Shown here: positions 1-10,235 of the stretch, one piece after another
Layout: each line of letters begins with the position of its first letter
How positions within the stretch are numbered: position 1 is the first letter of the stretch
Assembly (NCBI GenBank): GCA_046546105.1
Contig: JBKGYN010000004.1
Coordinates: 1 to 61,883, forward strand
DNA from: Candidatus Woesearchaeota archaeon
GTDB taxonomy: Archaea; Nanobdellota; Nanobdellia; Woesearchaeales; SKGA01
Reading direction: 5' to 3'
DNA: 61,883 nt
Program-made: the position numbers and the translations under genes
The notes under the pieces: generated by a model
Seen by the model: only the letters and a program-made list of their open reading frames with translations
Database searches by the model: none
Told to the model about the DNA's origin: nothing

Positions 1-44
1 CACTGGACAACCATGCACAGCGTTTAAGAATTCTCCTGTCTTCT

Positions 45-1151
45 GTGAGTTTTGAAACTGATATGGACACGCTCTCAAAAGCACGACTGCTCTCAGAAGC
101 AGGATCGTATGACAGCTGCGGACCGAAAACCTGCCAGGTCGACATACAAGAAGGACTCGGCGGCATCTACCATGCTAAGGCAGAACACCAGACCTGTCGC
201 ATGTTCAAGACGCTCATGTCAAACGCCTGCACGCACGATTGCAAGTATTGCGTCAATCGAACAGGCTGTCCGAAACGACCAGTGACCTACGAGCCTGACG
301 AACTCGCCAGACTCTTCATGCGACTCCATAGGAACCACGATGTCAACGGACTCTTCCTGAGCTCGACAGTACCGGGCAATCCTGACGACGAGGTCGAGCG
401 CATGATCGAAGCAGTGAGGACCTTACGCCAGAAACACGGCTTTTCAGGATATCTGCACTTCAAGGTGTTACCAGGCACCTCACGACACCTCATTAAGGAA
501 GCAGCCCGCTTCGCCGATCGTATGAGCATCAACGTGGAAGCGCCGTCGAAACAACACATGAACGAACTATCGACAAATAAAGACTATGCAAACGACATTC
601 TAAAACGACAACGATGGATTGCAAGACACAGTCTGGGCGCGGGACAATCCACGCAGATGATCGTGACAAGCGAGACGACAGACAAAGAACTGCTCAACGC
701 CAGCAAGTACCAATACGAAGAACACCAACTCAAACGACTCTACTACTCAGCATTCAGACCAGTAAGACACACACCCATGGAAACACACGAACCCACGCCG
801 AACTACAGGCAACAACACCTGTACAACGTCGACTTTCTCGTCAGACGATACGGCTATTCATACAAGGAATTCGACACTATCTATACAGAACACGACAACC
901 TGCCACGGGTCGATCCGAAACTGGCGCTAGCTAAAAAAACACTCACAAAACCACTCGATATCAACACGGCAGAGAAAGAAGAACTACTTCGAGTGCCTGG
1001 CATAGGACCTGTCACTGCAAACAGGCTGCAACACATGAAACGCAACTTCAAGAGCTGGAGACAAGTACAACGAGCAGGAGTCCTATTGAGACGAGCACGA
1101 CCCTTTCTCACGATCGACGGCAGGAGACAAGCGCAACTATCCGAATTCTAA
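45..1151 (+). CDS. Putative DNA modification/repair radical SAM protein with C-terminal helix-hairpin-helix
   Basis: CxxxCxxC motif (CTHDCKYC); C-terminal LDINTAEKEELLRVPGIGPVTA HhH motif; matches the TIGR03916-type architecture. Confidence 0.8.
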   Translation: MSFETDMDTLSKARLLSEAGSYDSCGPKTCQVDIQEGLGGIYHAKAEHQTCRMFKTLMSNACTHDCKYCVNRTGCPKRPVTYEPDELARLFMRLHRNHDVNGLFLSSTVPGNPDDEVERMIEAVRTLRQKHGFSGYLHFKVLPGTSRHLIKEAARFADRMSINVEAPSKQHMNELSTNKDYANDILKRQRWIARHSLGAGQSTQMIVTSETTDKELLNASKYQYEEHQLKRLYYSAFRPVRHTPMETHEPTPNYRQQHLYNVDFLVRRYGYSYKEFDTIYTEHDNLPRVDPKLALAKKTLTKPLDINTAEKEELLRVPGIGPVTANRLQHMKRNFKSWRQVQRAGVLLRRARPFLTIDGRRQAQLSEF

Positions 1152-1153
1152 GC

Positions 1154-1600
1154 TCACTTGGAAAACAAGCCGGTGAGAATATCCTCCTCGATCACATGAT
1201 CCTCGATGGCAGCAAGGACATCCTCCTTGGTCGAACCTTCGGGAAGCTCCAGCGTCGTATCGATAGCATACAACTTGAACTGATAACGATGCGTACCAGA
1301 CGGCGGGCACGGACCGCCATACTCGTTATTGCCGAAATCATTACGCCCCTGCGTCGCTTCTTCAGGAACACTATCCTCAGCAATAACGCTTGTCTCTGAC
1401 GGGATGTCAAAAACAATCCAGTGATCGAAGGTGCCGCCCGGAGCGTCAGGATCATCCATGATCAGAACAAGGCTTTGCGCGCCATCAGGCACATCCTCGA
1501 TATGGAGTTCAGGATTCACATCCTCGCCTTGACAAGAATACTTGGCAGGTATATCCTCATTATCTCCAAAAGCAGGACTTAAAATAGTCAATGATGCCAT
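1154..1600 (-). CDS. YbhB/YbcL family (PEBP/Raf kinase inhibitor-like) protein
   Basis: DPDAPGGTFDHW, YGGPCPPSGTHRYQFKLYAID motifs. Confidence 0.92.
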   Translation of the reverse strand: MASLTILSPAFGDNEDIPAKYSCQGEDVNPELHIEDVPDGAQSLVLIMDDPDAPGGTFDHWIVFDIPSETSVIAEDSVPEEATQGRNDFGNNEYGGPCPPSGTHRYQFKLYAIDTTLELPEGSTKEDVLAAIEDHVIEEDILTGLFSK

Positions 1601-1878
1601 ACATTTACCTCCATAAGCTGTGCGATTACGGTTCTCATTCGAGGAATCAGCAGTCCAATCACTGCTTAGCCGCTCGGAGCTACACGCTATGGAAAAACAT
1701 CATCCTAACAATCAATAGAGCCATAACTAGCCCCCTGTCAAATAATGCTCATAGCAAGACAACCCCTCAGCTCCCTCAAGATCATCATAGATGTTATCAC
1801 CTTTAAATCTTTCGTCAACATACGAGCACTCCTCAACAAGTTTTATAAAGGCTTGTGGGAGCGAGTTTATCGATACGT

Positions 1879-2889
1879 ATGAAGATAAGCTGCTTTGCCC
1901 TAGAATCATTCGAAGAGGAGTATCTCAAGAAGCATCTTGACGGACATGAGCTACGCTTCGATCAAAAGCCGCTCTCAAGCGAGAACGTCAAGGATCATGC
2001 TGATGCCGATGCTATCATCGTCTTCGTCTTCTCGAAAGTGACGAGAAACGTCATCGAAAACATTCCGGGACTCAAGCTCATCGCCACGATGTCAACAGGC
2101 TACGATCACATCGACATGGATGCGGTCAAGGAAAAAGGGATTACCGTCACGACCGTACCGGCCTACGGGCAGAACACGGTAGCAGAACACGCCTTCGGAC
2201 TCCTGCTTGCTCTAAACAGGCACCTCGTGGAAGCAGTGCGAAGAACGAGATCCTGCGAGTTCGACTTCAAAGGACTCATGGGACAAGACCTGCAAGGGAA
2301 GATGCTCGGGATCATCGGCTGCGGACATATCGGACAGCACATGATCAGATACGCGAAAGCCTTCAAAATGGATGTCATCGTCTCGGACGCGAACCCTGAT
2401 GAGAACCTTGCCAAAGAGCTCGGCTTCATGTACGTCAGCAAGGAAGACCTGTGCAAGGAATCAGATTTCATCAGCCTGCACGTACCCCTTGTCAAGGGAA
2501 CCTATCATCTGCTTGGCGAAAAAGAATTCTCGCTCATGAAACAAGGGGTGCAACTCATCAACACGGGACGAGGACCGCTTATCGACACGAGCGCTCTTAT
2601 CAACGCACTCGATAACGGCACCGTGGGAGGCGCGGCGCTTGATGTGCTCGAGCAAGAGGACGATCTCAAGAAGGAATCACGCCTTGCCTATGACAAGCAC
2701 GTCGATAAGGATAGGATGAGCATGATCGTGAAAAACCACGAGCTCCTCCACAGGCCGAATGTCATCATAACACCACATCTGGCATTCTACACGAAAGAAG
2801 CGCTTGAGAGGATACTTGATACTACCGTACAAAATATAACAACATTCGCTGACGGCAAGGCTCCTGAAAACAGCGTCAACGAGTCGTGA
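1879..2889 (+). CDS. ldhA: D-lactate dehydrogenase / D-2-hydroxyacid dehydrogenase
   Basis: STGYDHID, GIIGCGHIG NAD-binding, LINTGRG, TPHLAFYT; start moved to ATG 1879 (MKISC) downstream of TATA at about 1841. Confidence 0.8.
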   Translation: MKISCFALESFEEEYLKKHLDGHELRFDQKPLSSENVKDHADADAIIVFVFSKVTRNVIENIPGLKLIATMSTGYDHIDMDAVKEKGITVTTVPAYGQNTVAEHAFGLLLALNRHLVEAVRRTRSCEFDFKGLMGQDLQGKMLGIIGCGHIGQHMIRYAKAFKMDVIVSDANPDENLAKELGFMYVSKEDLCKESDFISLHVPLVKGTYHLLGEKEFSLMKQGVQLINTGRGPLIDTSALINALDNGTVGGAALDVLEQEDDLKKESRLAYDKHVDKDRMSMIVKNHELLHRPNVIITPHLAFYTKEALERILDTTVQNITTFADGKAPENSVNES

Positions 2890-2986
2890 ACTCGAGAAAT
2901 GAGGTCTCTGATACATGTTTTTTCTCATATATATCTTTTCATATTACAAATTTATAAATCCCTTTCGTCAAGAATGTGGCGGGTAG

Positions 2987-3967
2987 TTGGTCGTGAAACA
3001 GGAACAGACACTTGACATTATCGGTGAAGGTTTTTTCGACGGAACCCCTCTCTATGTCGATATCGAGGGCAACATCTATACTTCTAATCCGAAGCTATCA
3101 TCGCTGCCGACAAGTCCGGTAAACGATTATCGGAAAGCGAATAATAGCAAGCTCTATCTTCCATTCACTATGGAAAAACCAGTTCCAAGACTTTACAAGT
3201 CATTTGTCGAGCGATTCATGGACGACCATCCCAATCAGGAGCTGGTTGACAAGGTCAAAGAGGACTTCCTGCACAAGGGCGAGGATGAGAACAAGCTCAA
3301 CATCATAGCAAAGGCAGAACAGGTCAAGACACAAAGGGAGTATCACGATGCCCTATTTCTCGACGATCATTTCAAGGTCTATGGCCTGTCAAGCTCAAGA
3401 AATATAGCCTCGCCCTGGAACGATCACAAGTTCTATAATAACGCAAGCTATTTTGAAGAACTCTGGGAGCCGATGACCGGCGAGATCTATTCTTTATTCA
3501 CAGGGCGTTTCGAGAAAGGATATGAGTCAGCAGAGGAATTTCTCAACACGATCATCAAGCCGCTCAAAGAACGTTCCATCCCGAAACACATCCGGAAAGA
3601 ACTGGAAAAGCAGTATGGGCAGACAATCCCTGTGAATGTATTCACTGGCGAGAACCTCCAGCTAGTCGGCAATGCACCCCTCGGATCGGCATCAATCCAT
3701 CTCGACTCGAAAAGCGATCTCTATCTGCGCGAGGATGACCGTTCACCATTACTGGTCAACAGGCCCTACTCTAACTTCGTCGAACTCTACAAGATGGTGT
3801 ATGATCCTGAAGCACAACTGGCACTCTTTTTCAGCAGTGAGATGAAAGACGATCCGAACACGCGCAAGGAATTCATGGACAAACACGATCTTGACTATGA
3901 AAGGATTGACGAACTGCTTCAAAATGAGAAGATTCTGAATAAAGCAAAACAATACGTCAATTTCTGA
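2987..3967 (+). CDS. Hypothetical protein
   Basis: 326-aa ORF with AT-rich promoter upstream; no recognised motif. Confidence 0.7.
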   Translation: MVVKQEQTLDIIGEGFFDGTPLYVDIEGNIYTSNPKLSSLPTSPVNDYRKANNSKLYLPFTMEKPVPRLYKSFVERFMDDHPNQELVDKVKEDFLHKGEDENKLNIIAKAEQVKTQREYHDALFLDDHFKVYGLSSSRNIASPWNDHKFYNNASYFEELWEPMTGEIYSLFTGRFEKGYESAEEFLNTIIKPLKERSIPKHIRKELEKQYGQTIPVNVFTGENLQLVGNAPLGSASIHLDSKSDLYLREDDRSPLLVNRPYSNFVELYKMVYDPEAQLALFFSSEMKDDPNTRKEFMDKHDLDYERIDELLQNEKILNKAKQYVNF

Positions 3968-4049
3968 AAAAAATGCTTGATCTCGCGTTGCCCTGATATA
4001 AGGGCAAATTATATAAATCAAGCAGTATGGGTAGCATGGGGAGGGTAGT

Positions 4050-4652
4050 ATGAGACATCACAAGAAATCATGGTCCTATCGCTATGGGGGAATACTTGCT
4101 ATCGGCATCGCGATCATCATAATCATCATCCTGATAACGATCCTCACAACAGGTAAAGATGAGGTCGAGGATAATAATGATTCATACCGGATGAACGAGA
4201 CGGATCTTGACACGCTTGTCAAGAAAAACAACACTGATAACGAGTCGATATCAGAACCGATAGGTACACCTGTCAAGGAAAATGAGACAGTCAATAAAAG
4301 AGGTCTCTGTGAAGATTACTTCTTTGAAGAAGGCGACGAGCTTGAAATCGCCGGACACACAATGTTCGTAGAACGGATCGCATCCTCCTCTATACGCTTG
4401 GTAGTTGATGGCGAAAAACATGTCTTTGGAGAAGGAGATGCGGAACGACTTGGTGATGGCATCAGGGTCGAGCTCCAAAAAAATAACATAGCTCATTTCG
4501 GAACTGGAGATCCTAATAACGCGGTCAGTCTTCGCATCGGTTGCAATAACGATGAGGATCCTGTCAGCAAGCTCATGAAAAAAGAAGGACGAAAAGTCTG
4601 TCAAGCGTTATACGAGCAATGCGAAGCGTCATTTGAATATGGCTCTGACTGA
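4050..4652 (+). CDS. Membrane-anchored extracellular protein
   Basis: N-terminal TM (ILAIGIAIIIIILITILTT), N-glycosylation sequons, 4 Cys. Confidence 0.7.
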   Translation: MRHHKKSWSYRYGGILAIGIAIIIIIILITILTTGKDEVEDNNDSYRMNETDLDTLVKKNNTDNESISEPIGTPVKENETVNKRGLCEDYFFEEGDELEIAGHTMFVERIASSSIRLVVDGEKHVFGEGDAERLGDGIRVELQKNNIAHFGTGDPNNAVSLRIGCNNDEDPVSKLMKKEGRKVCQALYEQCEASFEYGSD

Positions 4653-4678
4653 TTTAAATACAAAAGAGGCTTGATACT

Positions 4679-5737
4679 ATAACAGATGTACTCAGTTACA
4701 CGATAGCGGGAAACAATCTAGTCCAATACCTGCTCTACATCACAATCCTTGTTATAGCATTTTTCGGGACAAAACTTGTTTATTTGATCTTCTCGAAGGT
4801 ATTTCATGCACTCACCAGAAAAACAACAACCCGGCTGGATGACCTGATTGTCGATGCACTCAAAGGACCGGTGATCTTCGCAGTATTTCTCGGGGGTTTG
4901 CAATACGGAAAACCAGTTCTCACCCTGACCGAAACTGCAAGCACCATCTATGGACAAGTGCTTTCGGCACTCATCATCATCAACATCGCGTGGTTTGCGA
5001 TAAGGATAACCAACGCAATCCTTGAAAACTACCTCTATCCCGGAGCGAAAGGAACCAAGATCAAGATGGATGGTGCCCTCTACCAGATGTTCAAACGGTT
5101 AGTGAGCGGTATCATTTATGCGATAGCGATCATCATCATCCTCCAGAATTTCGGAGTGAAAGTAACCGGGCTTGTAGCAGGACTGGGAATAGGAGGCCTG
5201 GCATTCGCATTGGCAGCACAGGATATCATCGGAAACATGTTCGGAGGAGCAGCAGTCATTGTCGATAAACCGTTCCAAGTCGGTGATCGGGTGAAAGTCG
5301 CCGGACAAGATGGTTTTGTCAGTAAAATAAGCCTGCGCTCCACAACACTTGAGACCTTCGCAAAGACGCAAGTGGTGATGCCCAACAAGATGATTGCCGA
5401 TTCTGTGCTGGAAAATGTCAGCAGGGAGAACATGAGACGGGAAAAAGTCGTTGTCGGTCTTGAATACGACACTCCTGCAAAGGATCTTGAAAAGGCTAAG
5501 AAGATGCTCGCTGACATCATCAAGAAAAATGACAAGACCGACGATGAGAGCCTCGTGCATTTCATCAATTTCGGTGCGTCGAGCCTGGATATACAAGTCC
5601 TCTATTGGATAAAGGATCTCGATCAGATTTTAGGCACTAAAGATGAAGTGCATATGGCAATCAAGAAAGCCTTTGACAAGGAAGGATTAAACTTCGCATT
5701 CCCGACACAGACCGTCCATGTCCACAAGGCGAAGTGA
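4679..5737 (+). CDS. mscS: Small-conductance mechanosensitive channel (MscS family)
   Basis: GLGIGGLAFALAAQD, DKPFQVGDRV, FAFPTQTV. The frame is open from 4658 and encodes a typical first TM before the track's TTG at 4784; proposed start is ATA 4679. Confidence 0.85.
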   Translation: MTDVLSYTIAGNNLVQYLLYITILVIAFFGTKLVYLIFSKVFHALTRKTTTRLDDLIVDALKGPVIFAVFLGGLQYGKPVLTLTETASTIYGQVLSALIIINIAWFAIRITNAILENYLYPGAKGTKIKMDGALYQMFKRLVSGIIYAIAIIIILQNFGVKVTGLVAGLGIGGLAFALAAQDIIGNMFGGAAVIVDKPFQVGDRVKVAGQDGFVSKISLRSTTLETFAKTQVVMPNKMIADSVLENVSRENMRREKVVVGLEYDTPAKDLEKAKKMLADIIKKNDKTDDESLVHFINFGASSLDIQVLYWIKDLDQILGTKDEVHMAIKKAFDKEGLNFAFPTQTVHVHKAK

Positions 5738-5954
5738 AGTTTTTCCCCTTCCTGTTTCTCTTTCTTTTTTCTATTGATGCACTAATGCGTATATTGTATT
5801 GTTTATCAAGTAGTAATAAAGCTTTATAAAAGTCTTCGCTTCTGATACATGTGTGAAACGCGGGTGGTGCAGAGGTGACTTTCTTCTTGATGCACTAGCA
5901 TCACGACTTGACAATCAAGGCGAAACGTATCGCGATATGAAAAAAGAGGTAGAA

Positions 5955-8375
5955 ATGATGGATAAGAATACTGCATTCGTTCTCTGGTTCGATCAACTTG
6001 GCATTGAAGATGTGCCGCTTGTCGGCGGCAAGAACGCGTCACTGGGAGAGATGTATTCCAGTCTCAACAACGAAGGAGTAAACGTACCGAACGGCTTTGC
6101 GGTCACAGCCTACGCATACAATTACCTTCTCGATCACACGAACATCAGGCAGAAGATACAGGATGTGCTTTCAGATCTCGATACGACAGACCTCAAGAAT
6201 CTACGGGAACGAGGGGCGAAGGTACGAAAACTCATCAGGGAAGCGAAATTCCCCGACGAACTGCGGGATACGATTATCGAAGGCTATGAGAACCTGTGCA
6301 AGCAATACGGCGAACACACGGATGTGGCAGTGCGAAGCAGCGCGACGGCAGAAGACCTACCTGACGCAAGTTTTGCAGGACAGCAGGAAACCTATCTCAA
6401 TATCAAAGGCAGTGACGAGCTCATCCAAGCATGCAAGAAATGCTTCGCAAGCCTGTTCACCGACAGGGCAATCAGCTACAGGGTCGATAAGGGTTTTGAC
6501 CATTTCTCCATAGGGCTTTCCATCGGTGTCCAGAAAATGGTGCGAAGCGATAAGGCGTCAAGCGGAGTCATGTTCTCAATCGATACGGAAACGGGCTTTA
6601 AAGATTCGATCTTTATCACCGGAGCGTACGGTCTAGGAGAAAATGTCGTCCAGGGCGCGGTCAACCCTGATGAATTCTACGTCTTCAAACCGACACTGAG
6701 AGAAGGCTACAAGTCAATCATCTCGAAAAAAGTCGGCAGCAAGGCCATCAAGATGGTCTATGATTATGGTGGAAACAAGACGACAAAAAACGTTGATGTG
6801 GATATAACGCACCGCAGGCAGTTCTGCGTCTCGGAAGAGGAAGTCCTCACATTGGCGAAATGGGCCCAGCGTATCGAGGATCATTACTCTGAACAAGCGG
6901 GACACTTCAAGCCGATGGATATGGAATGGGCTAAGGACGGAATCACCGGAGAGCTCTTCATCGTACAGGCAAGACCTGAAACCGTACAGTCAGTCCGTGA
7001 CATGACCACGCTCAAGACGTTCGAGCTCAAAGAAGACGGAAAGCGCATCGTCGAAGGACGAAGCGTCGGCCAGAAGATCGGAAGCGGCAAGGCTAGAGTC
7101 ATCAAGGATGTTCACGGCATCGACGACTTCAAGAAAGGAGAAGTGCTCGTCACGGAAATGACAGACCCTGATTGGGAGCCGATCATGAAAATAGCAAGCG
7201 CTATCGTAACAAACCGTGGTGGACGGACGTGTCACGCCGCAATCATATCCCGAGAACTAGGAATCCCGTGTGTGGTGGGAACAGATAATGGGACGGAAGT
7301 CATCACAAACGGACAGGATGTGACAGTCGATTGTTCACGAGGAGATGCAGGCTATGTCTATGAAGGTATTGTCGATTACGAGGTAAATGAGACCAGGATC
7401 GATGACATGCCAAAGACAAAGACGAAGATCATGATGAACCTCGGAAATCCAGCACAGGCGTTCGAGACAAGCTTCATCCCGAACAAAGGAGTCGGGCTTG
7501 CCAGGGAAGAATTCATCATCAACAGCTATATCAAGATCCATCCGCTCGCCTTGCTCCACTATGATACGCTCAAGGATGAGAAGGTCAAAAAAGAGATCGA
7601 TGAACTCACAGCGGGCTATGAGGATAAGACTGAATACTTCGTCGACACACTGGCACACGGCGTGGCAATGATAGCAAGCGCCTTCTATCCGGAGAAAGTC
7701 ATCCTGCGGCTGAGCGATTTCAAGACCAACGAATACGCAAATCTCATCGGAGGAACAGAGTTCGAGCCACAAGAAGACAATCCTATGATCGGATGGCGGG
7801 GAGCGAGCAGGTATTACAAAGGAAACTACAGGGAAGGATTCGCTCTGGAATGTCGTGCTATCAAGAAGGTGCGAGAAGAGATCGGACTGAAAAACCTCGA
7901 GATCATGGTGCCCTTCTGCAGGACAGTCGAAGAAGCGAGAAGCGTCGTTGACGAGCTGGCGAAAAACGGGCTTAAGCAAGGGGAAGATGGTCTGCGCATC
8001 ATCGGCATGTGCGAGATACCATCGAATGTCATTCAAGCGGACGAATTCCTTGACATCTTCGACGGTTTCAGCATCGGAAGCAACGATTTGACACAGCTCA
8101 CGCTCGGACTCGACCGTGACAGCGAGATAGTCAACCATCTCTATGACGAGCGAAATGAATCTGTCAAGCGGCTCATAAAATGGGTTATAGAAACAGCTAA
8201 TCACAAGGGCAAGTACGTCGGAATCTGTGGCCAAGCTCCGTCAGATTACGAAGACTTCGCAACATTCCTTGTCGATTGCGGCATCCAATCCATGAGCCTG
8301 AATCCTGATACTGTAATCAAGACAACGCTCAAGATTGCAGAGAAGGAGAAAGAACTCGGCATCAAGCCAGAATAA
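5955..8375 (+). CDS. ppsA: Phosphoenolpyruvate synthase
   Basis: VGGKNASLGEM, RSSATAEDLPDASFAGQQ, GGRTCHAAI phospho-His, FSIGSNDLTQ; GAGGT RBS before ATG 5955. Confidence 0.97.
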   Translation: MMDKNTAFVLWFDQLGIEDVPLVGGKNASLGEMYSSLNNEGVNVPNGFAVTAYAYNYLLDHTNIRQKIQDVLSDLDTTDLKNLRERGAKVRKLIREAKFPDELRDTIIEGYENLCKQYGEHTDVAVRSSATAEDLPDASFAGQQETYLNIKGSDELIQACKKCFASLFTDRAISYRVDKGFDHFSIGLSIGVQKMVRSDKASSGVMFSIDTETGFKDSIFITGAYGLGENVVQGAVNPDEFYVFKPTLREGYKSIISKKVGSKAIKMVYDYGGNKTTKNVDVDITHRRQFCVSEEEVLTLAKWAQRIEDHYSEQAGHFKPMDMEWAKDGITGELFIVQARPETVQSVRDMTTLKTFELKEDGKRIVEGRSVGQKIGSGKARVIKDVHGIDDFKKGEVLVTEMTDPDWEPIMKIASAIVTNRGGRTCHAAIISRELGIPCVVGTDNGTEVITNGQDVTVDCSRGDAGYVYEGIVDYEVNETRIDDMPKTKTKIMMNLGNPAQAFETSFIPNKGVGLAREEFIINSYIKIHPLALLHYDTLKDEKVKKEIDELTAGYEDKTEYFVDTLAHGVAMIASAFYPEKVILRLSDFKTNEYANLIGGTEFEPQEDNPMIGWRGASRYYKGNYREGFALECRAIKKVREEIGLKNLEIMVPFCRTVEEARSVVDELAKNGLKQGEDGLRIIGMCEIPSNVIQADEFLDIFDGFSIGSNDLTQLTLGLDRDSEIVNHLYDERNESVKRLIKWVIETANHKGKYVGICGQAPSDYEDFATFLVDCGIQSMSLNPDTVIKTTLKIAEKEKELGIKPE

Positions 8376-8484
8376 AAACGAGATCTTTTTATTCATTCTC
8401 TTTTTTTCCTCATTTCCTTCTAGTTCTAAATTGTTTCATATTTTATCAGTAATCAATTTAAAGCCCGCACTATTCCCGTCTCTT

Positions 8485-9135
8485 ATGGGTAGAAACATTT
8501 TACACTGTATCCAGAGTCATGTGTTTAGCAAACTCGATCACTTTCACTTTCTCGATTGGAATGATGCTCGAGTGCTTGTAGATTCTCTAACAGAAAATGT
8601 GTGTGCAATGAATTATAAACCGGACTTGATCATAGGGATCTCTTCAGGCGGGGATTATCCTGCAGAACTAATGAGTGAGCGGTTAGGGGTTGAGCATACG
8701 ACGATGGATGTCTCCCACTACTCGCTATCCGTTTTCGGTCTGGAAGTTGATGAGATAATAGGTATGTATAGGGTGGCAACACTCATGGGTCACAAACCTC
8801 GGACCCGATTGGTCAGGACTGTTTCACCTGAATATGTGTTTGATAAGAACATACTTCTCATTGACGATGACGCTTATTCAGGAAAAACTCTTGACATAGC
8901 CATCAATGAATTGATGAGAGCACACCCTGCTGATATAAGGACTGGTGTTCTCCAGACTCACGACACCAACAAACATGTTGATTTCAGCGGAGAAAAATTT
9001 CCCAAACACGAATATTACAAACAGAAATTCAGATTCCCATGGTCCAAGATCTCACCTTATTATAACAAGCACGGAGCCCAACAACGGCAAAGATCAAACA
9101 AACCTTCTTCCGTTAATGTTGATGTCATTTATTGA
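8485..9135 (+). CDS. Type I phosphoribosyltransferase
   Basis: IIGISSGG and ILLIDDDAYSGKTL PRPP-binding loop; start moved to ATG 8485. Confidence 0.8.
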   Translation: MGRNILHCIQSHVFSKLDHFHFLDWNDARVLVDSLTENVCAMNYKPDLIIGISSGGDYPAELMSERLGVEHTTMDVSHYSLSVFGLEVDEIIGMYRVATLMGHKPRTRLVRTVSPEYVFDKNILLIDDDAYSGKTLDIAINELMRAHPADIRTGVLQTHDTNKHVDFSGEKFPKHEYYKQKFRFPWSKISPYYNKHGAQQRQRSNKPSSVNVDVIY

Positions 9136-9155
9136 ATGCATGATACAACATTTCA

Positions 9156-9416
9156 CTATCGATACAAGAACCAACCTATCATGACAGTAAGGACACTTGT
9201 GATACCGACACTGTTAGCGAGAATGAGTGGCGTGTCGCTGATCTCAATACCATACAAGACCCAGACGATACTGCCTGCAAGAATCAACGAATACGTCACG
9301 ATGGAGACGTCGCCAGCGCTTTTTCTCCGGAAGATGCGGATAGCCTGAGGGAAATTCGCAATAGCCATACCCATACCAAAGATAGTCGCTAACACACCTA
9401 AAACACTCATGACCAC
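9156..9416 (-). CDS. SemiSWEET/PQ-loop sugar transporter
   Basis: 3 TMs, FPQAIRIFRRKSAGDVS, VWVLYG, PLILAN. Confidence 0.88.
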   Translation of the reverse strand: MVMSVLGVLATIFGMGMAIANFPQAIRIFRRKSAGDVSIVTYSLILAGSIVWVLYGIEISDTPLILANSVGITSVLTVMIGWFLYR

Positions 9417-9487
9417 CGAATAACCAGTGTTTGTTTAAAAAGGTTTTCTGCTGAAAGATGAGAAAAAAAAGAAACAGGAAAGAACAT

Positions 9488-9769
9488 CTACTCATGAGAA
9501 GAGATGTCTTTCTTATCCGAGAAGACATACTCTTTAAGCTCCTCCTCGAATTCAGCATCGTTCTGGCGAAGCCATTCAATAAGCATAGCAGCATGCTCTT
9601 TCTCCTCAGCAGCGTTGTGAAGAAGGATTTTCTTGAGATTCTCATCCTTGCATGCGTCTGCACGCTGGTTGTACCAATCAGTAGCTTCAAGCTCCTCTTT
9701 CAGGGAATCGATAGCTCGTTTGAGCTCAAGTGTTTTTTCTGATAATTCTTTTCTATCTTCGTGTATCAT
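9488..9769 (-). CDS. Encapsulin-associated-type ferritin-like protein (EncFtn/Flp)
   Basis: SLKEELEATDWYNQR and HNAAEEKEHAAMLIEWLR motifs. Confidence 0.9.
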   Translation of the reverse strand: MIHEDRKELSEKTLELKRAIDSLKEELEATDWYNQRADACKDENLKKILLHNAAEEKEHAAMLIEWLRQNDAEFEEELKEYVFSDKKDISSHE

Positions 9770-9882
9770 TCTAATATCACCTTAATTCCTCTACACCTCA
9801 ATCATTTTTATATGTTGTGGGCGTCCAGAAGAAAGATTTAATAAAGCCGCTTACACTGAATATGATTATAGGTGATTTGATC

Positions 9883-10101
9883 ATGGTCAAGAAAGAAGAA
9901 GAACGATCAAGTGATTTTGTCAAGCTCGGCGGATCTATCGGAGGTCTCATGATCGCTTCTGTGGTCCTATTCCTCGTCTTCGCGTCAGAATATATAGAGT
10001 TACTCATACCGCTGGCATGGGCGTTTGTAGTTCTCGGAGTCGTTCTAGGGTTTTTCCAGTACAAGGCGATGGCAACAAGGAAAAGAACCACCAAAAAATA
10101 A
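9883..10101 (+). CDS. Small 2-TM membrane protein
   Basis: Two hydrophobic helices; GGTGA RBS before ATG 9883. Confidence 0.6.
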   Translation: MVKKEEERSSDFVKLGGSIGGLMIASVVLFLVFASEYIELLIPLAWAFVVLGVVLGFFQYKAMATRKRTTKK

Positions 10102-10235
10102 GGTTGTCGCATGTAACGGATAGATCGCTATTGTCCCATGACCTATATTTTTATATATTTATGTTCTATATGATACTTCCATAATGCTTTTAACATAGTA
10201 TCACTCCTTCATACTTTCAACAAGGTGATACTATC

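Noticed and set aside
5853-8484. Long N-terminal extensions of ppsA (from 5853) and the PRTase (from 8335)
   Set aside because: They run through promoter or terminator sequence; better starts are at 5955 and 8485.
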